The notes under the pieces were generated by a model. It saw only the letters and a program-made list of their open reading frames with translations, did not search any database and was not told the origin of the DNA. Position numbers and translations under genes: made by a program. From an uncultured Chloroflexia bacterium (GTDB lineage: Bacteria; Chloroflexota; Limnocylindria; Limnocylindrales; CSP1-4): a stretch of DNA of 64,000 nucleotides. This document shows positions 19,774 to 30,534 of the stretch, piece by piece. The DNA lies in the NCBI GenBank assembly GCA_963813705.1, contig CAWFAH010000007.1, positions 32,336 to 96,335 of the forward strand, in the 5' to 3' direction. Position 1 is the first letter of the stretch. Each line of letters opens with the position of its first letter.

Positions 19774-20720
19774 CCGCGCCCGCCGTCGTCCTCGACGAGG
19801 CCTCCCGGCGCCTGTTCGACCCGCGCCGGACGCGCGGTCGCGGCACGGCCGACCTCGTGCGCAGCTTCCGCACCGCCGCCGCGCTCGGCTGGAAGATGGA
19901 GGCCAACTGGACCGACCCGGTCCTGTTCTTCATCTATTCGGTGGCCAAGCCCGTCAGCTCCGCCCTGATCCTCGTGGCGATGCTCGAGGTGATCGCCGGG
20001 GCGTCCGGCCACGAGTACCGCGGCTTCGTCGTCGTCGGCAGCGCGCTGTGGTCGTTCGTGATCTCGGGCATCGCCGGCCTGGCCTGGTCGGTGCTCGACG
20101 ATCGCGAGCGCTACCGGATGCTCAAGTACGTCTACGTCAGCCCGAGCGACTTCCTGGTCGTGCTCCTGGGGCGGGGGACCGCCCGGATCGCGGTCGGCGC
20201 GATGGGCGCGGCGATCACGCTCGCCATCGGCGTCCTCCTGCTCGGCGTCGCGTTCGACCCGGCCGCGGCGAACTGGCCGCTGTTCGCCGTGGTCATGGCC
20301 GCCGGGCTCGAGTCGATCGTCGTCGTCGGGGTGATCCTCGCGGCGATCTGCCTGCAGACCCGGCAGGAGGCGTGGTCGTACCCGGAGGCCGTCGCCGGCG
20401 CCCTGTTCCTCGTCTCGGGCGCCGTCTTCCCGCTGTCGGTGCTGCCGCTGGCGATCCAGGCGATCGGGCTGCTCAACCCGCTGACCTGGTGGCTCGAGGG
20501 CGTCCGGCTGGCCCTCTTCCCGACCGGCACGAGCGCCATCGGCGGCGCCGGATCGCTGTTCACGGACCTCACCGGACAGGCCCGGCCGGACGGTCCGACG
20601 ATCGTCCTCGCCTTGCTCGTGACCGGGGCCGTCGTTACACTCGGGGCGGCCGTGGCGTTCCAGTGGAGCGAGCGGCGAGCCAAGGATCGCGGGCTCATCG
20701 ACCAGACGACGGGCTCCTGA
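19770..20720 (+). CDS. ABC-2 type permease (second)
   Basis: C-terminal part of ORF 18603..20720 from MTAPAVV. TM-rich, with SGAVFPLSVLP...NPLTW. Confidence 0.88.
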   Translation: MTAPAVVLDEASRRLFDPRRTRGRGTADLVRSFRTAAALGWKMEANWTDPVLFFIYSVAKPVSSALILVAMLEVIAGASGHEYRGFVVVGSALWSFVISGIAGLAWSVLDDRERYRMLKYVYVSPSDFLVVLLGRGTARIAVGAMGAAITLAIGVLLLGVAFDPAAANWPLFAVVMAAGLESIVVVGVILAAICLQTRQEAWSYPEAVAGALFLVSGAVFPLSVLPLAIQAIGLLNPLTWWLEGVRLALFPTGTSAIGGAGSLFTDLTGQARPDGPTIVLALLVTGAVVTLGAAVAFQWSERRAKDRGLIDQTTGS

Positions 20721-20766
20721 GCGGCGCTCGTCGGACTCACCCGGGCGTCCAGAGGGAGGACCGTTC

Positions 20767-21297
20767 GTGCGGATCTACGAGGGCTCGCCGCGCCAGGACT
20801 TCGAGGAGGTGTTCCGCTCGATCGGGGCGTTCCTCGACCAGCGGGCGATGAAGGAGGTCCTTCTCGCCGAGGCGCCCGACGGGTTCATCGTCCAGGGTCT
20901 CGTGTCGTCCGAGGTCGATGCCGGGACGTGGTCCGAGGCGATCGGCACCCAGACGAAGGAGACGCTGACCTTCCTCGACGACGACATCGCCCGGTTCATG
21001 GAAGAAGCGGTGTCCCGGCGCAACAAGGCGGCCGCCGACGACTGGTCGAAGGCGGGCTACTATGAACGGGCCTTCCGGGTCCTCGGCCGGTACATGGACG
21101 AGCAGAAGCCACGGGACACGTTCTTCTTCGAGCAGGACGGCGCGTTCGTGGTGCGGCTCCTGATGCCGAGTCCCACCGGCAGCCGGCACGTCCTGGCCGA
21201 ATTCACGCGAGAGGACATCGACGCCATGATCGCCCAGGGTCCGGCCCTGCGCGACACGGAGCACGGACCGAACAAGGCCAAGCCAGCCGGCGCCTAG
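20767..21297 (+). CDS. hypothetical protein with two internal repeats
   Basis: GGAGGA RBS and typical codon usage. FEEVFRSIGAFLD / YERAFRVLGRYMD duplication. Confidence 0.8.
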   Translation: MRIYEGSPRQDFEEVFRSIGAFLDQRAMKEVLLAEAPDGFIVQGLVSSEVDAGTWSEAIGTQTKETLTFLDDDIARFMEEAVSRRNKAAADDWSKAGYYERAFRVLGRYMDEQKPRDTFFFEQDGAFVVRLLMPSPTGSRHVLAEFTREDIDAMIAQGPALRDTEHGPNKAKPAGA

Positions 21298-21345
21298 ACC
21301 GTCGCGCGGGGACGCGCGATCACGCAGGAAAGGACGTGAAACGCC

Positions 21346-21492
21346 ATGAAGACCGTCATCGTCGCCCTCGGGATCACCCTTGGAGCGCTGATCGTCATCC
21401 CGCTCCTCGTCCTGGCCGGGCTGTTCATCTGGCTCAAGGTCACCGAGGGCGATGACGAGGACGTCCTGGAGCTCGACCAGGAAGGCGTCTGA
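21346..21492 (+). CDS. 48-aa single-pass membrane protein with acidic tail
   Basis: Manual translation MKTVIVALGITLGALIVIPLLVLAGLFIWLKVTEGDDEDVLELDQEGV*. AAAGGA RBS and GC3-rich codons. Absent from the ORF track. Confidence 0.75.
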   Translation: MKTVIVALGITLGALIVIPLLVLAGLFIWLKVTEGDDEDVLELDQEGV

Positions 21493-21936
21493 TCCACCGG
21501 CGGCCGGACGGCCGCCCAATGATCGACCCGCATCCGACGCCCGTCGCGCTCGTCGCGCCGGGCGTCGCCCTGTCCGGCGCGGGCCGCGGCGGGCCGGGCC
21601 GCGGTCGGCCGGGCCGCGGTCGGGATCGGCGGCCGGGCGCCGGGCCTTGGTCGGCCGGGCCGCGGCGGCTCGGGGGCGGTTCCGCGCCGAGGCGCCGAAG
21701 AGGCGGCCGGGCGTGGGCCCACGTTGAAGCCGCTCGAAATATCGACCGGAGCAGTATCCGACCCGCTTCAGGCCGATCCCGCGGCGGCCCACTGCCCGTA
21801 CGGCCCTCGACCGCCCCGCGATCGTGCTCGAGCCGGCGTGACGCGGCGCGTCGAGTGCTGGATCAGCCCGCCATGACGTCCGCGAGTGCCGGGAAGCGCG
21901 CCTCCTACTGCTGGTGGCGATATTGAGGACGGCTCG

Positions 21937-22896
21937 ATGACGACGGGCGACCGATCGCCAGCACGTTCGGCCGCGCCGTCCCCGGCCGACGCGCCAGGCG
22001 CCGCGCCGTCGTCGACGCGCCGGCTCCGGCCGCCGTCGAGCCCGGAACCGCGCCGTCCCCACGACGAGGCGGGCTCCGCCACCGCGCCGTCCCCGCTCGA
22101 CGCGCCCGGTGCCGCGCCGCCCGTGGAGCCGCTCGCGCCGGGTGCCGCGCCGCTGGCGATCCTCGTCGACTACGACGGGACGATCGCGCTGACCGACGTC
22201 TCCGACACCGTCATGGCCGAGCACACGAACGCGGCCTGGGAGGCGATGGCCGCGCGGTACGACCGGGGCGAGATCGGCTCGCGCGGACTGATGGAATACG
22301 AGATGAGCCTGATCCGCGCCGACGGATCCGACCTCCTGGCGACCGCGGCGCGCCAGCCGCACGACTCGGGGTTCGTGCCGTTCGTCCGGCGGGCGCAGGC
22401 GGCCGGCGTCCCCGTCGAGGTCGTGAGCGACGGGTTCGGCTTCTTCATCGCCCCGGCGCTCGAGCGGCTCGGGCTGCCGGAGCTGGCGGTCATCACGGCC
22501 CGTACGACATTCGCGAACCGCCGCGCGACGATCGACTTCCCGAACGGCAACCCGAGCTGCCTCGTGTGCGGCACGTGCAAGCGCGATCGCGTGCTCGCCC
22601 AGCAGGCGGCCGGCCGGGCGGTGGTGTTCATCGGCGACGGGGAGAGCGATCGCTATGCCGCCGGCTACGCCGACGTCGTGTTCGCCAAGCGTGGCCTCGT
22701 CCCGATCTGCGTCGCCAACGGCTGGCCGTTCCTGCGCTGGACCGAGTTCGCCGAGATCCACGCCTGGCTCGACGAGGTGCTGACCGCCTGGCGTCGCGAC
22801 CCGGCGACGCCGCTCATGCCGCGGCCGGTGGGCAAGCCGTTCTTCTGCGGCGCCGAGGTCTGGGGGCCCGGCCGGAGCGATCCACCCGCCGACTGA
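21937..22896 (+). CDS. HAD-IB family phosphatase (MtnX-like)
   Basis: DYDGTI, VVSDGF, CGTCK, FIGDGESD and FAK motifs. Start uncertain because of a Pro/Ala-rich N-terminus. Confidence 0.87.
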   Translation: MTTGDRSPARSAAPSPADAPGAAPSSTRRLRPPSSPEPRRPHDEAGSATAPSPLDAPGAAPPVEPLAPGAAPLAILVDYDGTIALTDVSDTVMAEHTNAAWEAMAARYDRGEIGSRGLMEYEMSLIRADGSDLLATAARQPHDSGFVPFVRRAQAAGVPVEVVSDGFGFFIAPALERLGLPELAVITARTTFANRRATIDFPNGNPSCLVCGTCKRDRVLAQQAAGRAVVFIGDGESDRYAAGYADVVFAKRGLVPICVANGWPFLRWTEFAEIHAWLDEVLTAWRRDPATPLMPRPVGKPFFCGAEVWGPGRSDPPAD

Positions 22897-23022
22897 CCTC
22901 TGCCGCCCGGCGAGCCTCGGGCGCGCGAGCCGCGAGCGCGAGCCTCGGGCGCCGGAGCGTGTCGCCGACGCCTCGCCGGCCCGGACGCGGTCAGCGGAGG
23001 GCGCGACCCCGGGCTCAGAGGC

Positions 23023-23391
23023 TCAGCCGGGCTCCTCGTCACTGTCGGAATCGGCCTTCCAGCCGACGTGCTTGCGGAGCCAGCCGACCGAGCTCAGGTG
23101 GTAGGTGGCCGGCTCGTCGAAGTCGGGCAGGGCGGTGACGGCCGCCCGGTCGATCGCGAGGTCGATCCCGCCGCTCGCCAGGCTGGCGACGTCGGCGGCG
23201 GCGACCATCACGTCGCGCTTCGTCCCGTCAAGACGAACGCGCAGCCCGTGGAAGATGTCCTCCGAATCCGAGCCGAGCACCTCGCGGACCGTCCCGACCC
23301 GGGTGCCTTCCGAGGCCGTGACCGGGGTCCCGTAGACGACCGTCCGCCACGAGATGGGCGTGGACGCCGCTGCCGTTCCCTGCTCGACCAT
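23023..23391 (-). CDS. PRC-barrel-like hypothetical protein
   Basis: GTPVTASEGTRVGTVREV...DIFHGL pattern. GGAG RBS and TAGACT -10 upstream. Confidence 0.7.
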   Translation of the reverse strand: MVEQGTAAASTPISWRTVVYGTPVTASEGTRVGTVREVLGSDSEDIFHGLRVRLDGTKRDVMVAAADVASLASGGIDLAIDRAAVTALPDFDEPATYHLSSVGWLRKHVGWKADSDSDEEPG

Positions 23392-23455
23392 TGCTCGCTC
23401 CGTTCCTGTGGGGCTCGAATCACCGGTTCACGGCAAGTCTAGCCGGGTCGCCCGG

Positions 23456-23822
23456 GTCGCCCGGGTTGCCCCGGGGCGACCCTCGCCGAGATCGGTGGCA
23501 ACCCGGCGGCCAAGCAACAACGCCGTCTAGCAGTCCCCGTAGTCCGGGGCGGGATGGGACCGGCGTGCCCTGCCTGGCGAGCTCGGGAATCGGCGCTCCT
23601 GTCACCGCTCATCGTGACGACGACTGAATGACTGCGTCCGCGGTCCGACTGGGCCACAAGATGCTGGCTCGCACCACGACGGCTGCTGGATGGCGAATCG
23701 GAGGCAGGAACTGCCGCTCGACGAGGAACGGACGACCGCTATCGCGGGGACGGAGACGGCCTCTCGCGCCTGGCGCGGGGCTGGTTCCGCCACGCCCTCA
23801 GCGTCGCCCGGGTTGCCCCGGG
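23456..23822. repeat. perfect 20-bp direct repeat (gtcgcccgggttgccccggg) flanking 327 bp
   Basis: Copies at 23456-23475 and 23803-23822. Confidence 0.7.
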
Positions 23823-23838
23823 ACCGGCATTCCGATAG

Positions 23839-25605
<1,767 letters not shown>

Positions 25606-25646
25606 TCGGGGCCGCGGGGGCGCGGGCCGGCTCCGCTGAGCCAATC

Positions 25647-28600
25647 TCAATCGTTTCCGGCCAGCGTCTCCAGAACGCGTTCGGCGCCCCTCGCCCCCGG
25701 CCGCGAGCCTTTCCGAACGTACAGCTCGCGCGCTGCACCTGCGGAGTCACGGGCGGGCCCTCGGTCGCCCGCCGCGCGTTCGACCTCTGCCAAGTCGAGC
25801 AGGGCGTCGGCTGTCAGCGCGAGGTAGTCGCTCGTGCGGGCGATCGCGACGGCCTCGCGACCGAGCGCAAGGGCCTCGTCGTGCCGGCCAGTCGCAGACG
25901 CCAGGCGCGACTCGACCGACCGCCAAAGGGACTGAGTGAGGAAGTCGTCCTGGGCGGCCAGGGATCGGCCGAGCGCATTCAAGACCCGAGCGTCGTCGTG
26001 CCGACCCAGCTCGACCAGGACCTTCGCGAGCAACACATCGACCGTTGAGCGGAAGCCGGTCTCGTTCATGGCCTCGAGCAGGGCATCCGCCGCGCGCAGA
26101 TCCCGCTCGGCCCCAGGGAGGTCATCCACCGTCAGCCGGCTGTAGCCCATGAGCTGGAGACCGCCCCCCTGCCAGAGGCCGTTGCCCAGCTCGGCAAGCT
26201 GTGCGGCGCCGTCGCGGAACTCGCGAATGCCCCGTTCGATGTCGTCATCGGCAACCCGGCTTGCCCCCAAGCCAAGGAGCGTCATCGCGGTAACACCCGG
26301 GTGCCCGGCGACCATCGACAACATTGCCTCTCCACGGTCGATCGACTCGCGGACCGTGCGCGGGCCGAAGGCATCGAAGATCGATAGCCACGTCGCTGGC
26401 TCGAGCCAGAGCGAGGAGCCCGACTGTCTTCCCACCTCGATGGCATTCGCCAGCAGGTCGGTGGCGGTGGCGGCCTGCCCGCGGGCGAAGAGGACGAACC
26501 CGCGCGTTCTGAGGGCCTTGATCCAATGCCGTTCATCGCCCGCGTGCGCGAACGTCTCGACCAGCTCGGCCAATCCGGCGTCGATGGATTCGAAGGGCAT
26601 CGTCGGATCCGTGTTGATGACAATCGCGAGCCGCTCGAACCGGACGCGCGCAGCCACGAGCGGATCGGCGAGCGCTTCGGACGGGAGCTCGTCCAGAAGG
26701 TGCCGAACCTCTTCCCACTGGCCGGCGGCCACCAGCGCATCGGCGAGCTCGAGAGTCAGAGCCGTCGTGTCCGCCGGCGATCCAACGCGCGCGAGGACCA
26801 GTGCCGAGCGCAGGAGATCGCTCGCCGCGCCGGTATCCTCGCGGGCGGCGGCACGCCGTGCTGCGGCCCCGAGGTGCGCAGCCGCGCGGGCCGCCAAGAC
26901 GCGGCCGTGATCGTCCTTGACGCCGAGGTCCTCGGCGTAGCGATACGCCTGCTCCAGGTGGTAGCCGACGATTTCCTCGTATTCGACCAGCCGGTCAGCC
27001 GCCACTTCGGTCAGCCAGTCGGCGAATTGCTCGTGGAGCCTGGCCCGGTCGCCCTTCGACAGCGCCTCATAGGCGGCATCACGGATCAGGAGGTGGCGAA
27101 ACCGGTACGTCTCCTGACCGTCGGCGCCGGGCCGCTCGGGCCTGACGAGCTCCTTCCGGACAAGGCTTCCCAGCTGATCGCCAATCCCGCTTCGCTCGGC
27201 CTCGGGTGAGAGAGCGGCGACCGCCCCCGCCTCGAAGACGCGACCGACGATCGAGGCGCGTCCTGCGACCGCCCGCTCCGGTGACGGAAGGCGGTCGAGT
27301 CGGGCGGCGAGCAAGGCCTGGATCGTCGGTGGGACGGCACCGACGGTGAGCTCGGGTTCGGTGCGCCCGTCAGCTCCCGATACGAGCCGCTCGTCCGCGA
27401 GCATGCGGGCGTATTCCTCGACGAACAGGGGGTTCCCTTCGGCGGCCTCCACGATCCTCCGGCGGACCGGCTCTGCAAGCTCATCTCCCAGGAGCCGCAC
27501 GGCCAAGGCCTCCGCGTCTGCCGTTGGCAGGGCCTCGAGCAGCTGCGTCGTTGCGTTGAGCTTGCCGCCCGCCCAGCCGGGACGGATCTCGAGGAGGTCC
27601 GGTCGGGCGAGGCAGAGCACGAGGATCGGGGCGTCGCGGCTGAGATCGACGACATGCTCGATCAGGTCGAGCAGCGGCGCCCCGGCCCATTGCACATCGT
27701 CGAGGACGAGGATCACCGGTGCGGATGCGGCCAGCGACTCGAGCAGGGACCGGGCCGCCCACGTCAGCTCATCCGTCGGCGCCTCACCCTCCTCGAGCCC
27801 GACGAGCTCGCCGATCCGCTCCTCGAGGACGGTCCCGCCGTTGAGCCCACGCACCAGCTCGCGCAGTCGTTGGCGAGCCCCTTCCAGGCTGTCGGCATCG
27901 GTGATCCCGGCAGCCTGCTTCACCGCGTCCGCGATCGCCCAATAGGTAAGACCCTCGCCGTAGGGAAGGCACTGCCCGCGCAGGACGATGCAGTCGGAGT
28001 CCGTCACGGTCGTCGAGTCGAGGAACGCGCGGACCAGCCGGCTCTTCCCGACACCTGGCACGCCCAGGAGCGTGAACAGATGGCAGCGTCGCTCGGCGAT
28101 CACATCGTCGAGTACCCGCCCAAGGAGGGATAGCTCGCGCTCCCGTCCGACGATCGGCAGATCGAGTCGCTGAGCTCTCAGTCGGGCCGCGGGTTCGACC
28201 GAGTGCAGTCGATACGCAATGACCGGTTCGCCACGACCACGAAGCGCCAGGGGGCCAAGCGGCTCGACCACAACGGCCGTCCGCGTGAGGCGGTAGGTCG
28301 ACTCGCCGATCCACACCTCGCCTGGTCGCGCATTCTGCTGGAGCCGAGCGGCGACGTTGACGGCATCGCCGGTCGCCAGGGTCTCGCCGGAGGTCCCGTC
28401 GCCAACGACGACGGGCCCGGTGTTGACGCCCGTCCGGATCGCCAGCTCGATCCCGCCTTCGCCTCTGAGCTCCGTCGCCAGGTCGTTGACGCGGTCCATC
28501 AGCTGGGCTGCGGCGCGGACCGCGCGGAGCGCATCGTCTTCGTGGACGGTCGGGACGCCGAAGACGGCCATGACCGCGTCGCCGATGTACTTCTCGACCG

Positions 28601-28844
28601 TCCCGCCATGGGCTTCGATGACCTCCCGGGCCACCGAGAAGAACCGGGTCATCAGGGTCCGGACGGTCTCCGGGTCGGACCGCTCGCCGATTGACGTGGA
28701 ACCGGTGACGTCGGAAAACAGGACGGTGACCGTCTTGCGGACCGGTGAGGCGACGGTGTCCGATCCATCGAGGCGGGCGCCACACGTGTCGCAGAAGCGT
28801 GCCCCGGCCCGGCTCTCGGCTCCGCACGAGCGACATACCGCCAT
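25647..28844 (-). CDS. zinc-ribbon / class III adenylate-guanylate cyclase / AAA (STAND) ATPase / TPR-like protein
   Basis: CRSCG..FCDTCG, FSDVTGST, KYIGDAV, GDAVNVAARLQ, Walker A GVPGVGKS, Walker B LVLDDVQWA, GNPLFVEE, FRHLLIRD and a helical C-terminus. Confidence 0.92.
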   Translation of the reverse strand: MAVCRSCGAESRAGARFCDTCGARLDGSDTVASPVRKTVTVLFSDVTGSTSIGERSDPETVRTLMTRFFSVAREVIEAHGGTVEKYIGDAVMAVFGVPTVHEDDALRAVRAAAQLMDRVNDLATELRGEGGIELAIRTGVNTGPVVVGDGTSGETLATGDAVNVAARLQQNARPGEVWIGESTYRLTRTAVVVEPLGPLALRGRGEPVIAYRLHSVEPAARLRAQRLDLPIVGRERELSLLGRVLDDVIAERRCHLFTLLGVPGVGKSRLVRAFLDSTTVTDSDCIVLRGQCLPYGEGLTYWAIADAVKQAAGITDADSLEGARQRLRELVRGLNGGTVLEERIGELVGLEEGEAPTDELTWAARSLLESLAASAPVILVLDDVQWAGAPLLDLIEHVVDLSRDAPILVLCLARPDLLEIRPGWAGGKLNATTQLLEALPTADAEALAVRLLGDELAEPVRRRIVEAAEGNPLFVEEYARMLADERLVSGADGRTEPELTVGAVPPTIQALLAARLDRLPSPERAVAGRASIVGRVFEAGAVAALSPEAERSGIGDQLGSLVRKELVRPERPGADGQETYRFRHLLIRDAAYEALSKGDRARLHEQFADWLTEVAADRLVEYEEIVGYHLEQAYRYAEDLGVKDDHGRVLAARAAAHLGAAARRAAAREDTGAASDLLRSALVLARVGSPADTTALTLELADALVAAGQWEEVRHLLDELPSEALADPLVAARVRFERLAIVINTDPTMPFESIDAGLAELVETFAHAGDERHWIKALRTRGFVLFARGQAATATDLLANAIEVGRQSGSSLWLEPATWLSIFDAFGPRTVRESIDRGEAMLSMVAGHPGVTAMTLLGLGASRVADDDIERGIREFRDGAAQLAELGNGLWQGGGLQLMGYSRLTVDDLPGAERDLRAADALLEAMNETGFRSTVDVLLAKVLVELGRHDDARVLNALGRSLAAQDDFLTQSLWRSVESRLASATGRHDEALALGREAVAIARTSDYLALTADALLDLAEVERAAGDRGPARDSAGAARELYVRKGSRPGARGAERVLETLAGND

Positions 28845-28851
28845 GGGCCGC

Positions 28852-28878
28852 AGTCTATCGCCCGGTTCCGGCTAGAAT
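28852..28878. promoter_or_regulatory. divergent -10 hexamers (TAGACT on - for leaderless cyclase; TAGAAT on + for fsa)
   Basis: agtcta at 28852-28857, 7 nt from ATG 28844. tagaat at 28873-28878. Confidence 0.55.
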
Positions 28879-28925
28879 CGCGCCCCGACCCGCCCGCCGA
28901 CGCGGACCGACGACTGGAGCGCCCC

Positions 28926-29588
28926 ATGAAGATCTTCCTCGACACCGCCGAGATCGAAGAGATCCGGACCGCCGCCCGCTGGGGCATCCTCGACGGGGTG
29001 ACCACGAACCCGACCCTCTACTCGAAGGTCGGCGGGTCGTACGACGAGATCCTCGCCGAGGTCTGCCGGATCACCTCCGGGCCGGTCTCCGCCGAGGTCA
29101 TCGCCGACGACGTCGACGGGATGCTCGAGGAGGGTCGCCACTTCGCCAAGATCGCCCCGAACATCGTGGTCAAGGTGGCGATGAGCGAGAACGGGCTCGA
29201 GGCGATCAGCCGGCTGGCCGACGAGGGCATCCGGACGAACTGCACCCTGATCTTCACGGCCAACCAGGGCCTCCTCGCGGCGAAGGCCGGGGCCTCGCTC
29301 ATCTCGCCGTTCGTGGGCCGGCTCGACGACATCAACCAGGACGGGATGATCGTGATCCGCGAGCTGGCCGAGATCTTCGCCATTCACGAGATCGAGGCCG
29401 AGATCCTGTCGGCCTCGATCCGCAACCCGCTCCACGTGACCCAGTCGGCCCTCGCCGGGGCCCACATCGCGACGATCCCGTTCAAGGTCCTCCAGCAGAT
29501 GGTCCACCACCCGCTGACCGACAAGGGGATCGTCCAGTTCAAGGCCGACTGGGAGAAGGCGCGCGAGGCGGCGGCCGCGAAGAGCTGA
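28926..29588 (+). CDS. fsa: transaldolase / fructose-6-phosphate aldolase (TalC/Fsa type)
   Basis: FLDTA, GVTTNP, GPVSAEV, NIVVK, SPFVGRLDD, ASIR and HPLTDKG motifs. Confidence 0.95.
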   Translation: MKIFLDTAEIEEIRTAARWGILDGVTTNPTLYSKVGGSYDEILAEVCRITSGPVSAEVIADDVDGMLEEGRHFAKIAPNIVVKVAMSENGLEAISRLADEGIRTNCTLIFTANQGLLAAKAGASLISPFVGRLDDINQDGMIVIRELAEIFAIHEIEAEILSASIRNPLHVTQSALAGAHIATIPFKVLQQMVHHPLTDKGIVQFKADWEKAREAAAAKS

Positions 29589-29591
29589 CGC

Positions 29592-30534
29592 TCAGTAGCC
29601 GACGGAGGCGAGGTAGGCGCCCCTCGGTTGCTCGTACAGCCCGATCGTCATCATGTTCATGACGAAGAACACGCGCAGCCCATGGGCGAGGCACCAGCGG
29701 AACAGCTCGGCGTTGCCGAGCGGGACGACGATCCCCGGCCGGTCCACGTGGCTCGCCGCGCCGATGAGCGCCGCGAGGTCGTCGTTCGTCTCCGCGACGG
29801 AGTGGTTGAAGTAGCCGATCCCGGTGGTGTAGCCGGTGATCCGGCCGAGTCGCTCGACGACCCGCCCCTTGCCCCGGGCGATCGCGTGGTCCACCTCGGC
29901 GGCGCGGTCGTGGCCGTGGACTCTGCCGGCACAGGGCGTTGCAGGCCGCGGCGTCCTCCGCGGTGGCGTGACGGACGTCGTAGCCGGGCAGCGCCAGCCG
30001 GAGCGGCTCGCCGTACATCGCGGCGAACGTCTCGCGGACGTCGAAGCCGAGCTTCGCGTAGAGGCTCAGCGACCGGTTGTGATAGCTGATCTGGAGCAGG
30101 CGGACGCCGGCCGCGTGCCGTTCGGCCGCCCGCTCGAGCATCGCCTCCATGAGCGCCCGGCCGACCCGCCGGTCCTGCGCCGCCGGATCGACGCTGACCG
30201 GGCCGATCGCGTGGATGGTCGACCGCTCGTCGAGGAAGCTGCTCCCCACGATCTGCCCGTCGCGTTCGGCCACGACCCCGAAGAAGCCGTGGTTCGTGAC
30301 GAGGCCGCGCATGCAGCCCGTGGCCACCGCGACGGTCGGGAAGTCCGGCGGAAAGCCGTGCTCCGCGGCAAGCGTCGCGAACGCCTCGTACAGGATCCGA
30401 CCGCAGGCCGGGACGTCGGCGGGGACCGCCTCGCGGAGGACGATCGAGCGATCGGCCCCGGCCCCGGCCGCCGGCTCGTTCGCCGCCGGCCCGGTCGACG
30501 CCGGCGGCGACGGGGCGAGGACGGTCGCCCTCAC
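29592..30534 (-). CDS. GNAT acetyltransferase, two-domain (frameshift near 29920)
   Basis: LREAVPAD, VDPAAQDRRVGRALM and LYAKLGF. C-terminal half is ORF 29592..29894. Confidence 0.82.

Noticed and set aside
21500-21900. ORFs or repeats in the GC-rich spacer
   Set aside because: Low-complexity gggccgcgg runs with no coding signal.
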